A stretch of DNA of 38,139 nt, taken from positions 1-38,139 of IMG/VR virus record IMGVR_UViG_3300033513_000030, one strand, 5' to 3'. Shown here in pieces: positions 26,088-33,694 of this stretch; position 1 is the first letter of the stretch; every line of letters starts with the position of its first letter. A program made the position numbers and the translations under genes. The stretch comes from a virus. Taxonomy: Duplodnaviria; Caudoviricetes. The notes beneath the pieces are model-generated. The model searched no databases. It was not told the origin of the DNA and saw only the letters and a list, made by a program, of their open reading frames with translations.

Positions 26088-26500
26088 TTGTTCTCCCGGT
26101 GCTGGCGGGTGCGCTCCAGGGCGGCGGCGACCAGCCACAGCTCGGTGGCGTCCATCATTTCGAGGCGGCGCTCGATTTTGTGCTGGCGCTTGGCCACGCC
26201 TTCGGCGTATGCCTTGCCCACGCCCATGCTGCGGGAGACCGCGCATATCTTGCGCAGGAGGGGCTGGCGATCCTGGGCGGCGCGGTCGATGAAGGACCAT
26301 TCGTTGGGCGCTTTCCAGCCACACGCCTTCAGGTGGTCGAGCACCTTCTTGCGGCCGGCGAAGTCGAGGTCGGCCGCCGAGCGCACGCGGGCTACGGTCC
26401 AGAGCATGTCGCGGTAGGCGTCGTCTTCCATGCCGAGGTCACGCTTGGCGGCGTGGATGGCGGAGAGTTCGCGGTTGCGGGGGTTGGACTGGCGCGGCAT
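26084..26500 (-). CDS. gemA: GemA/Mu gp16 (DUF1018)
   Basis: IH.AK..LGM.DD.YR.ML......S..DL motif. Confidence 0.9.
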   Translation of the reverse strand: MPRQSNPRNRELSAIHAAKRDLGMEDDAYRDMLWTVARVRSAADLDFAGRKKVLDHLKACGWKAPNEWSFIDRAAQDRQPLLRKICAVSRSMGVGKAYAEGVAKRQHKIERRLEMMDATELWLVAAALERTRQHRENK

Positions 26501-26501
26501 G

Positions 26502-26930
26502 TCAGTATCCGATCTTCACGACTTCGATGGATTGGCAGGTCTTGCGGATGTGGCGGCAGAATGCTTTTGGGTTGGGCCACCAGGGCCACCAGTGGGAGTG
26601 CGTTTTATTAGCGTCCGCCGCATACCTGGCGCGCTCCTCCTTTGAAAACAGCCTGGATTTGCTCCACTTGAGATACAGCTTGCGCGTTCCGCCGCCCATA
26701 AGGAAACGTTTCTTCTCCTGCCAGAATTTGCGCGGGATTTCGCTGTTTTCCTTGTCTGGTATGTACTTGTACTCGATCAAACCGTCCACATAGACGGAGA
26801 TGACCAGCTTCATCTTATCCTTCTCGACACGGGCACCGATGGCATGGCCGTCGCATACCAGGTAGACGGTACCGAAGGTTTGGCCGAGCTCCTGTTCTAT
26901 CTGTTCCCATTGTTCCTTGGTAACTGGCAT
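26502..26930 (-). CDS. Hypothetical phage protein
   Basis: MPVTKEQW start with GGAG RBS; VYVDG and Trp-rich C-terminus. Confidence 0.7.
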   Translation of the reverse strand: MPVTKEQWEQIEQELGQTFGTVYLVCDGHAIGARVEKDKMKLVISVYVDGLIEYKYIPDKENSEIPRKFWQEKKRFLMGGGTRKLYLKWSKSRLFSKEERARYAADANKTHSHWWPWWPNPKAFCRHIRKTCQSIEVVKIGY

Positions 26931-26941
26931 TTTCTTCTCCG

Positions 26942-27181
26942 TTAAACTGTTGCCGCGAGCCAATCTACGTACGCATCGCGTGCCGACGCACGAACGCTGT
27001 GCTGAATGTCGCTCGCCATCAATGTGTACTTGTCGCTGGTCATGCTCAATCGACAAGACAAGCAAAGGCGCAGCCATACAATTACCGGAAAGCCGGGGGC
27101 GAACCCGACGGGCATCAGCAACGGTGCGTATTCATCGCAGCATTCGCATGTGCCGTGTTTGATCGGCTCAGGACGTTGCAT
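26942..27181 (-). CDS. Small protein with two CxxC motifs
   Basis: CECC...CLSC; AGGAG RBS; fits the operon. Confidence 0.55.
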   Translation of the reverse strand: MQRPEPIKHGTCECCDEYAPLLMPVGFAPGFPVIVWLRLCLSCRLSMTSDKYTLMASDIQHSVRASARDAYVDWLAATV

Positions 27182-27248
27182 TCACTTCTCCTTGGCGTTA
27201 AAACACTCTCCCCGAAGGCCGCTCTTGCGAACGGCCTTGAGGCGAGGA

Positions 27249-27473
27249 TTAGAAGGTCGTCGGTTGAGCCACCGCGCGGGTGAGCGCCATCATCCCCGTC
27301 TGGAGATCGGTCGCCCCGATGCTCACCCAGCGCGAGTCTATGCCTGGCGTTGCGCGAACCTTGTCAACAAGTGCACCGAGTTCCTCGCTCTTGGCCTTGA
27401 TCTCGTTCATCAGATCGATTTCTGCCTGGGTGAGGTCCCGGTAGCCCTTAATGTGCTTATGCTGGTTTTCCAT
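27249..27473 (-). CDS. acb2: Anti-CBASS cyclic-nucleotide sponge Acb2 homologue
   Basis: MENQHKHIKGYRDLTQAEIDLMNEIK...RW.SIG.TDLQTGMMAL.RAVAQP.TF closely matches the recalled Acb2 sequence, with Y11 and K26. Confidence 0.88.
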   Translation of the reverse strand: MENQHKHIKGYRDLTQAEIDLMNEIKAKSEELGALVDKVRATPGIDSRWVSIGATDLQTGMMALTRAVAQPTTF

Positions 27474-27498
27474 GTCGTTTCCTATGATCGTTTGAGAG

Positions 27499-27783
27499 TT
27501 ACTTCGCCACGGCATCCTTCAGGGCCTTGGCGGCGCTGAAGGCGGGCTTGCGCTTGGCGGGGATGTCCATTTCCGCGCCGGTGGCCGGGTTGCGGCCCTT
27601 GCGCGCGGCGCTGGTTTTAACGCTCAGCTTGCCGATGCCATCCAGAACGACTTCGCCACCCTTGGCCAGTTCGGCTTGGGCGATTTCTGCCTGCTTTTCC
27701 AACACCCACTTGATGGCGGCCTTGGATTGGCCCTTGTTGTCGTGTGCGTTGGCGATTGCGTTGATCAGGTCTTGCTTGTTCAT
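27499..27783 (-). CDS. HU-family DNA-binding protein
   Basis: MNKQDLI, AARKGRNPATG..M.IPAK..P.F.A.K.LKDAV. Confidence 0.93.
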   Translation of the reverse strand: MNKQDLINAIANAHDNKGQSKAAIKWVLEKQAEIAQAELAKGGEVVLDGIGKLSVKTSAARKGRNPATGAEMDIPAKRKPAFSAAKALKDAVAK

Positions 27784-27829
27784 GCTTCTTTTCTCCTTGG
27801 TTGAATGCCCGGTTGGGCGGGTTAAAAAT

Positions 27830-28048
27830 CTATTGCTTCCTGGCTTCCTCAATATCGTCGGCCACCCCGTTCTTGAATTCGATCAGTTCGCGCTGCAGCT
27901 CAAGTAATGATTCCTGCACGCCATCGAACTTGCTGCGAAGATATTCATCTTCGTCAGCCCAGGAGTTACCCATTTCCTGCAGCTTAGCCTTAACCGAATT
28001 CAGGCTGCGAACTTGGTTTGCCGCCCTTTGTTTTGGGGTTTGGCTCAT
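27830..28048 (-). CDS. Hypothetical helical protein
   Basis: 72 aa; ATGA-coupled; AT-richer codons. Confidence 0.6.
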   Translation of the reverse strand: MSQTPKQRAANQVRSLNSVKAKLQEMGNSWADEDEYLRSKFDGVQESLLELQRELIEFKNGVADDIEEARKQ

Positions 28049-28269
28049 GCCGTTGCCTTCTCATGCCAGCGGTTGAATAGGCGGCGCAGCGCGTAGCTTC
28101 TGGCAATGCTGACGACCGTGAACAGCAGCCCGATCTGCAGGTTCTTCTGCAGGGAAATATGGATTCCGAACAGCGGGAAGATCAGGAGTTGCGCAGCCAG
28201 GGCGATGAGGTAACCCAGCGCCACGTTGACCAGCGATTCGAGCAGGGAATGGCTGCGGGACTGGCTCAT
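28045..28269 (-). CDS. Small two-TM phage protein
   Basis: QSR.HSL.ES.VNV..GY...FT.VS.ARSY.LRR.FN, a recurrent phage family; start reset. Confidence 0.75.
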   Translation of the reverse strand: MSQSRSHSLLESLVNVALGYLIALAAQLLIFPLFGIHISLQKNLQIGLLFTVVSIARSYALRRLFNRWHEKATA

Positions 28270-28787
28270 GCCTCTGCCTCCGCCGCCACGTCCGCCAGCA
28301 GCGCGTTGACGATCTTGTCCACGTCGCTGTCGGTCGAGCCGATGAAGGCCACGTCGCTGTCGGCTGTGACGGTGACGCCGATCTTCTTGAGCTGGTCTGT
28401 CTGCAGGTTGTTCATGGCCTCCTTGCTCGGCCGCTCGGTGGTGACGATGAGGGTCTCGGCCAGCTCGGGGAAGTGCTTGCGGATGAGCTTGATCACCTGG
28501 CCGGGGTCGGCGAACTCGATCCGGCCCTTTTCCTTCTTGAACCCGCACTTGATGCCGTGCAGGGTTTGGGATTTGGGGCGCTTGAACAGGTCCGGCGCTT
28601 CGGCCACCAGGGCGAGCAGGGTGTCTCCGGTCTGCGTGGCCTCGGCGACGGCGGCGCGTAGCCTGGCCAGGCGCTTGCGCTTGACGGCTTCCAGCTCATG
28701 ATTGAGCATGAATACCAGGTGCTTGAGCTTCTGCCGGGCGTCGGCGTGGGCCTTGGCGCGGGTTTCGATTTCTTGCATGGTTGCCAT
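28266..28787 (-). CDS. Gam-like host-nuclease inhibitor / DNA end-binding protein
   Basis: Coiled coil, LF.RPKS..LHGIK.GF.K.KG, L.KIGV; early-region position and size. Confidence 0.65.
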   Translation of the reverse strand: MATMQEIETRAKAHADARQKLKHLVFMLNHELEAVKRKRLARLRAAVAEATQTGDTLLALVAEAPDLFKRPKSQTLHGIKCGFKKEKGRIEFADPGQVIKLIRKHFPELAETLIVTTERPSKEAMNNLQTDQLKKIGVTVTADSDVAFIGSTDSDVDKIVNALLADVAAEAEA

Positions 28788-28788
28788 T

Positions 28789-28995
28789 TCAGTGGTTCCT
28801 TTCTGTGCTTTTGTCAATTGGCCGCATCCTGACGTCGAATTCCAGTACGAACCTCCGTTTCTCGACCGTACCAGGAATGTCGAATTCGGCGCGGTTTGTC
28901 CCCGTCGTTTCGAACTCTTTCAACAGGAGCCCGATCAGCTGTTCGACGGTCGTTCCCGGAAAAATTACGTGCTCCTTGTTTACATATTTGCTCAT
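28789..28995 (-). CDS. Hypothetical protein
   Basis: 68 aa with AAGGA RBS; fills the operon gap. Confidence 0.55.
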   Translation of the reverse strand: MSKYVNKEHVIFPGTTVEQLIGLLLKEFETTGTNRAEFDIPGTVEKRRFVLEFDVRMRPIDKSTERNH

Positions 28996-29002
28996 ATCGT
29001 CC

Positions 29003-29320
29003 TTATGTCGGTAGGTGGGTTTGCCCGAACAGTTCGCCCAGCATGCGGCGCAGCCTTCCGGCCTTGCCGAGTTCATGCTTGGCGCGCTGGTCATGGAATT
29101 CGATGGTTTCGATCAGCTCCTGGCCGTTGGCGGCGATGTAGTAGCCGTCCCGCGGGGTGCCGCAGATGGCGACGTTCTCCGTCTCGATGGCCTCAGTGAT
29201 GAGCTGGCGCAGGGCGCGTGGCTTCATGTCGAGGCGCTTGGCCAGATCCTCGGCGGAGATGCCGTTACCCTTGCCGACGTGGCGTGCGAGGGCGGCGATG
29301 AGCTGGTTAGGCGTGGTCAT
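29003..29320 (-). CDS. Winged-helix DNA-binding protein
   Basis: GK.NGIS..DLA..L....R.LR..I...ICG....GYYIA pattern. Confidence 0.75.
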   Translation of the reverse strand: MTTPNQLIAALARHVGKGNGISAEDLAKRLDMKPRALRQLITEAIETENVAICGTPRDGYYIAANGQELIETIEFHDQRAKHELGKAGRLRRMLGELFGQTHLPT

Positions 29321-29579
29321 GGGTGCCTCCGTGGGTGGGGAGCGCCACCGGGCGCACGACTATTCCGCTGATGCGATCCCGCCGCTTGGGCGCGGGGACG
29401 AGCTGGCGCGTCTCGTGCAGCAGCTCGTACACGCGTCCCGACACGGTGCTCTTTTCCAGCGCCAGGGCGTGGGCCAGTTCGCCTATGCTCCAGTCGCCGC
29501 CGCTCTGGCGGATGTGGTCGAGGATTTGTGTGGTCTGCTTGCATTCCACGCGGCGGCGGCCTAGGCCGCTTCTAGCCAT
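29307..29579 (-). CDS. Putative HTH protein
   Basis: WSIGELAHALALEKSTVSGRVYEL helix-turn-helix pattern. Confidence 0.65.
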   Translation of the reverse strand: MARSGLGRRRVECKQTTQILDHIRQSGGDWSIGELAHALALEKSTVSGRVYELLHETRQLVPAPKRRDRISGIVVRPVALPTHGGTHDHA

Positions 29580-30132
29580 TTGCATCGGTTCCTCCCTTCT
29601 TCAGTGCTTGTTTAACGCTTGCGGGCATGGGGCGGCGGGGCTTGGGCGCGCCTTCGCCCCCGTCCCCTCTCCCCGCTGGGGGAGTGGGGAGTTGTGTGGC
29701 GCCGATGGGCGTGTGGCCACCGCGCCTTGCCTCGGTCTGCGATTCCTGCCTGGCCTCGGCCTTATTGGAGTAGCCCGCGATGATCTCCAGCAGATAGCCG
29801 TGGCTTTTTAACGGGAGGGTGAGGCGGTCGCGCTTGGTCACGATCTCCTCCAGGGCCATCTTCCAGTAGTCCTGCGGGGCGCTCCAGGTCCGCCCGTTGC
29901 GCTCGATGCTGGCGGCCTGGATCATCGGCTGCAGCTCGCCGAGTATGGTGGCCACGCGGTCGAACGAGAGCTGGCGCTTCGGCGGCCGGAACAGGGCGAG
30001 GTACTGGACCAGCAGCTTGCCCAGGGGCGCGGGCAGCTGCAGCGCGGCCATGACTGCGTCGCGCGCGCCTTCGCTGCCGATGATGGCGTCCAGGCTGGAC
30101 ACGGCTCCGCAGGCTGGGCAGGTGGTTTTCAT
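29572..30132 (-). CDS. Conserved Mu-like hypothetical protein
   Basis: CPACGA..SLD, YL.LFRP.K..L, PLKSHGYL.EI; start reset to MKTTC. Confidence 0.8.
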   Translation of the reverse strand: MKTTCPACGAVSSLDAIIGSEGARDAVMAALQLPAPLGKLLVQYLALFRPPKRQLSFDRVATILGELQPMIQAASIERNGRTWSAPQDYWKMALEEIVTKRDRLTLPLKSHGYLLEIIAGYSNKAEARQESQTEARRGGHTPIGATQLPTPPAGRGDGGEGAPKPRRPMPASVKQALKKGGTDANG

Positions 30133-30341
30133 TTGGCAGGCTTCCACTCGAAGTCCGGGGCCTCGCAGTAGCCGATGGGAGTGCCAAAGGCCGCGTCTAT
30201 GATGCGCCACTTGCACCTTGCGCCCATGACCTGGGCGATCATGGCGGCGGGGCGCTCGATGTCTTGCATCTGCAGAGAGCAGCCCTTGACTACGTTGCGC
30301 CAGGCTCCGCTGTCGTTGACCTGGAGGATGAAGGTGGTCAT
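30129..30341 (-). CDS. Hypothetical protein
   Basis: MTTFILQVNDSGAWRNV; GGAGG RBS; ATGA coupling. Confidence 0.65.
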   Translation of the reverse strand: MTTFILQVNDSGAWRNVVKGCSLQMQDIERPAAMIAQVMGARCKWRIIDAAFGTPIGYCEAPDFEWKPAK

Positions 30342-30610
30342 TTCGCCTCCTGGAACATGTCGACGGCGTGGGCGCAGCGCGACGGCGGCACCGGCTGGCC
30401 GTTCTCGACGTGGGCGGTGCATACCGGGTCGTCGTTGCAGTTGTATTGCCACTCTTCCGGGTAATCCGGGTCTTCGACCTTGAGCCACATGGTGCGGGCG
30501 GCAATGTCGCAAGGCTCGTGCTGGCCGTTTTGGCAGGTGCCGCACCAGTCGGCGATGAAGGCGGCGCCGACGGTGTGGTTGGTGGGCTGGAATTTGCGTA
30601 CGTTGCTCAT
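30338..30610 (-). CDS. Cys-rich hypothetical protein
   Basis: F.P.N.T.G..F...WC..C...C.I...YP.EW......P.CT; ATGA coupling. Confidence 0.7.
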   Translation of the reverse strand: MSNVRKFQPTNHTVGAAFIADWCGTCQNGQHEPCDIAARTMWLKVEDPDYPEEWQYNCNDDPVCTAHVENGQPVPPSRCAHAVDMFQEAK

Positions 30611-30855
30611 TGCGCCTCCGCCAGCACAATGGGTTTGACCACGATCTGGCGCGGCTTGAACACGGTGTAGACCCGTGCGCCGTTCCTGACCTCGACCACG
30701 GCGGTGCGGCCGTTGAGCAGCTCCAGGGCTTCGCGGGCGTCTGTCTCGGCCTGTGCGGCGCGGGCCAGCGCGGCGTCGCGCTGGTCGCGCAACTCGCCGA
30801 CGTAGTAGACGGCGACCGCGGCGGCTGCGATGGTGAGCAGGGATAGGCCCTTCAT
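30607..30855 (-). CDS. Small membrane-anchored hypothetical protein
   Basis: MKGLSLLTIAAAAVAVYYV TM plus coiled coil. Confidence 0.6.
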   Translation of the reverse strand: MKGLSLLTIAAAAVAVYYVGELRDQRDAALARAAQAETDAREALELLNGRTAVVEVRNGARVYTVFKPRQIVVKPIVLAEAQ

Positions 30856-31193
30856 GGCTGAGCCTCCCCCATGTTGCCGTACGACAGGTGTGTGAGGATG
30901 CCGCAGCCGACAATCACCACGCCGGTGGCGATCTCGTGCCTTGCGCCGTCCGGCATGGTCACGTTTGGGCGCAGGCGCATGCGGGCGGGGATGGTCGCTT
31001 TCCTTTCGCCGATTCCCTTGCGGATCGCGTTGCCCCGCGCGGCCGTGCTTTTGCGGACGCCGAGCTTGCAAGCCTGCACCTGCAGGGCGCAGGTGGTGCA
31101 GCCGATCTCTTTGGCCAGCGCCTCGTTATCCGCGTCCGGGTACCGTTCGCGCACGATGGCGAGCTTTTCCTTGGTCCAGAACAGTTTGGGCAT
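30852..31193 (-). CDS. Hypothetical protein with HTH/Myb-like N-terminus
   Basis: WT.E.L......YP......LA..IG.T..A....A.KLG.RK. Confidence 0.65.
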   Translation of the reverse strand: MPKLFWTKEKLAIVRERYPDADNEALAKEIGCTTCALQVQACKLGVRKSTAARGNAIRKGIGERKATIPARMRLRPNVTMPDGARHEIATGVVIVGCGILTHLSYGNMGEAQP

Positions 31194-31493
31194 TTATGCC
31201 TCCCCCTCGTTCCAGCGGACTTCGCAGTCCGCCAGCATGACCTGCTTGTAGCGGCGCTGGAAGCCGATGCCGCGCTCGAAGTGGCTGGTGGCACCTTCGC
31301 CCAGCAGGGCCTCGCACAGCGGGCCGGCGCCGATGAAGATGCGCGGGAGCGCGTGGTCCTGCTCGATGCGCAGCACCCGGAAGCCTTGCACCTGCAGCCA
31401 GCGGATACACATCGTCGTGATGACTGCTCGGCAAAGGCGTTCCCACGCGGACCGGCGGTGGGCGGGGTTTGACACGGTTACGGCGTTAATCAT
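31194..31493 (-). CDS. Hypothetical phage protein
   Basis: Coupled ORF ending C.V.W, RBS present. Confidence 0.65.
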   Translation of the reverse strand: MINAVTVSNPAHRRSAWERLCRAVITTMCIRWLQVQGFRVLRIEQDHALPRIFIGAGPLCEALLGEGATSHFERGIGFQRRYKQVMLADCEVRWNEGEA

Positions 31494-31851
31494 GCTTCTC
31501 CTCCCTAGTGTTGTGTTTACAGGTGCGGCATACCTGGCGCTGGGCCAGGCGTGCCGGATCGTGGCTGGGCGTGGGGCTGGAATGCACGGCGCGGCAGTCT
31601 TCCGCGACGATCTCGCTCTGCAGGTACGGGCATTCCCAGCGGTCCAGCACTTCCAGGATGCGGGCGGCGATCTTGTCGGTCTTCGCCGCGTAGATGCCGT
31701 TGAGCACCTGGGAGATGGCCGGGCGCCCGTATTGCCTGGCGTAGCCCGCGGAAAGCCGCGTGGCGACCGCAGTGACGCTGCTCTCCGCCACTGCGCGCTG
31801 CAGGAGCTGGTACCAGCGTTCGCCGGCGTAGGGGATGGGGCGCTGGTTCAT
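31486..31851 (-). CDS. HTH plus Cys-rich protein
   Basis: VA..L......ISQVLNG.Y HTH; CPYL...C...C..C. Confidence 0.75.
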   Translation of the reverse strand: MNQRPIPYAGERWYQLLQRAVAESSVTAVATRLSAGYARQYGRPAISQVLNGIYAAKTDKIAARILEVLDRWECPYLQSEIVAEDCRAVHSSPTPSHDPARLAQRQVCRTCKHNTREEKHD

Positions 31852-32468
31852 GCTTCCAATACCTCCAGCACTTCGTCCGCATCCTGAACGACGACGATTT
31901 GGTGGATGTTCGGGTCGTAGACCACCTTGGCGCGGGTGATCATCGGGGGGCGGGGACCGTGGACCTTGCTCTTGAGCAGGCGGTATTCGGCCTGGATGGA
32001 GCCCTTGCGGCCGCCGTGCTTGTCCTCGCGCTCGATCGTTAAATACCCGGCCTTGCGCAGGGCGTAGACGTAGGATTTAACGGTCTTCTCGTTGACGGCG
32101 GCGACCTCGGCCAGCACGCGGGTGGTGAAGCCGCCCAGGGCCTGCATGGCGCCCCAGATGGCCTCGTTCACGCTGCCCTGGGTGACCAGCTGGCCATCCT
32201 TGCGCAGGCGCGGGGCCTCGACACCAGGGTCGTTCACCAGCTGCCAGCGCTGGCGGGTGCGGTCTGAGCGGGCACGGCGGGTGATGGTCAGGATGCCGGC
32301 GCCGGTCAGGCCCTGCAGGTAGTCGCACGCGGAGTCGTTGGTGACGCCGACCGGGGTGACGTCGTTCAGCTCGAAATCCTTTCCGGCGGTGGCACGGACC
32401 ATCTGCCAGATGCGCTGACGCGGGGTCTTTCCGCCCTGCATTTCGAGGTGGATGGGTTTACGCGGCAT
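31848..32468 (-). CDS. Tandem winged-helix protein of Mu-like early region
   Basis: Two repeats of W..M....F...L....Y...L..AG.L; GP.PP....V.DPN. Confidence 0.75.
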   Translation of the reverse strand: MPRKPIHLEMQGGKTPRQRIWQMVRATAGKDFELNDVTPVGVTNDSACDYLQGLTGAGILTITRRARSDRTRQRWQLVNDPGVEAPRLRKDGQLVTQGSVNEAIWGAMQALGGFTTRVLAEVAAVNEKTVKSYVYALRKAGYLTIEREDKHGGRKGSIQAEYRLLKSKVHGPRPPMITRAKVVYDPNIHQIVVVQDADEVLEVLEA

Positions 32469-32895
32469 GGGAGTCCTCCTTGACGGGTTCTGCCAGCTCG
32501 ATCAGGTGGATGAGGTCAGCCAGGTCGGCCGTGTCGCACCAGTAGACCGCGCCGGTGGCGACGTTCCTGAACAGCAGCGCGTTGTCGGGGTGCTTGTATA
32601 CCTTGTACGAACGCGACCCGTCGGCGGAAACGGCCTGGCAGATCTCCTGGGACATCGCGACCACGAGCTCCGGATCGCAAAGCTCGATGGCCTCAAGAAT
32701 CACGCCTCCGGCCTTGCCCTCAACCTTCACCACAACCGCGCCGTGCCCCAGCTCCCATGCTTCCGAGCGAGTCTTGGTCTCGATAAAGTGCTCCTCGCCG
32801 ATGATCGGGCAGTACTTGACCGGCGTTCCGACTGGAACAATCCGGTTGAATTCGGCCGCAGCCAGACCCGCGCACTTTCCACGTATGATGGACAT
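32458..32895 (-). CDS. Hypothetical protein
   Basis: FN...PVGTPV.Y, TRSEAW.L.G..VV.V.G.AG motif seen in phage ORFs. Confidence 0.65.
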   Translation of the reverse strand: MSIIRGKCAGLAAAEFNRIVPVGTPVKYCPIIGEEHFIETKTRSEAWELGHGAVVVKVEGKAGGVILEAIELCDPELVVAMSQEICQAVSADGSRSYKVYKHPDNALLFRNVATGAVYWCDTADLADLIHLIELAEPVKEDSHAA

Positions 32896-32896
32896 T

Positions 32897-33655
32897 TCAG
32901 CCCCTCCTCGGTGGTTCGCCGGTGTGGATCGGGCGGTTTCCCCACTTGGCCAGGTCCACGCTTTCCCAGGCGTTGCCCATTGCCTCTTCCTGGATGGTTT
33001 CCAGGTTGGTGGAGATCCGGCGCACGCTGCCGCGGGCCTTGTCCACCAGGTGGCTCAACAGGTCGTCCGCGACCTTGATGTGCGGGCAGTAGAGGCGCGC
33101 GAGTTCGCGGGCGTCCTCGATTCCGGCCGGCTGGGCCGGGTACCAGTCAAGGATGCGGCCGTGGAAGCGCTCCCACTTCTTGAGCTTCTGCGGGAGGGCC
33201 TCCTCGCCGATCAGCATGATGGCGGCGCGGCTGGACTCGTACAGGCTGCGCACCGATTCGACCAGGTTCTTGTCCGCGACATAGTCGAATTCGTCGATGA
33301 TGAGCGGGCGGGCGCTCTGTTCCAGCTGGGCCGCGGCCATGCGCGCCATGTCGGCCACGGTGTCGGCGGGCTTGAACTGCAGGCCGAGCGCGCGGCAGAT
33401 GTCCTGCATCATGACCTTCTTGGTCCAAAAGTCGCTGGCCTGCACGTAGTACGCGCGGTTGCGCGCTGTGACCCAGGCGGCGGCGATGCTCTTGCCGTAG
33501 CCGCTGGGGCCGTTCATCACCACCAGGCCGGGCTGGTGGAGTTGGCGGCCGAGGGCGCGGCTGATCGCGCGCTCTGCCACGGCGATGTTGACCAGGGGCG
33601 CCACGCCCTTGATGGCTGGGCCGTGGTCTTGTGTTGCTTTGCTTTTCTGCGTCAT
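32897..33655 (-). CDS. Transposition AAA+ ATPase (MuB-like)
   Basis: Walker A GPSGYGKS, Walker B LIIDEFD; follows the transposase. Confidence 0.92.
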   Translation of the reverse strand: MTQKSKATQDHGPAIKGVAPLVNIAVAERAISRALGRQLHQPGLVVMNGPSGYGKSIAAAWVTARNRAYYVQASDFWTKKVMMQDICRALGLQFKPADTVADMARMAAAQLEQSARPLIIDEFDYVADKNLVESVRSLYESSRAAIMLIGEEALPQKLKKWERFHGRILDWYPAQPAGIEDARELARLYCPHIKVADDLLSHLVDKARGSVRRISTNLETIQEEAMGNAWESVDLAKWGNRPIHTGEPPRRG

Positions 33656-33694
33656 AATGTCTCCCTTAGGTTAGGAATTGCTGCATCAGGCCCT

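Noticed and set aside
27216-27239. Hairpin after acb2 as an intrinsic terminator
   Set aside because: The stem is present but no adjacent U-tract; the function cannot be supported.
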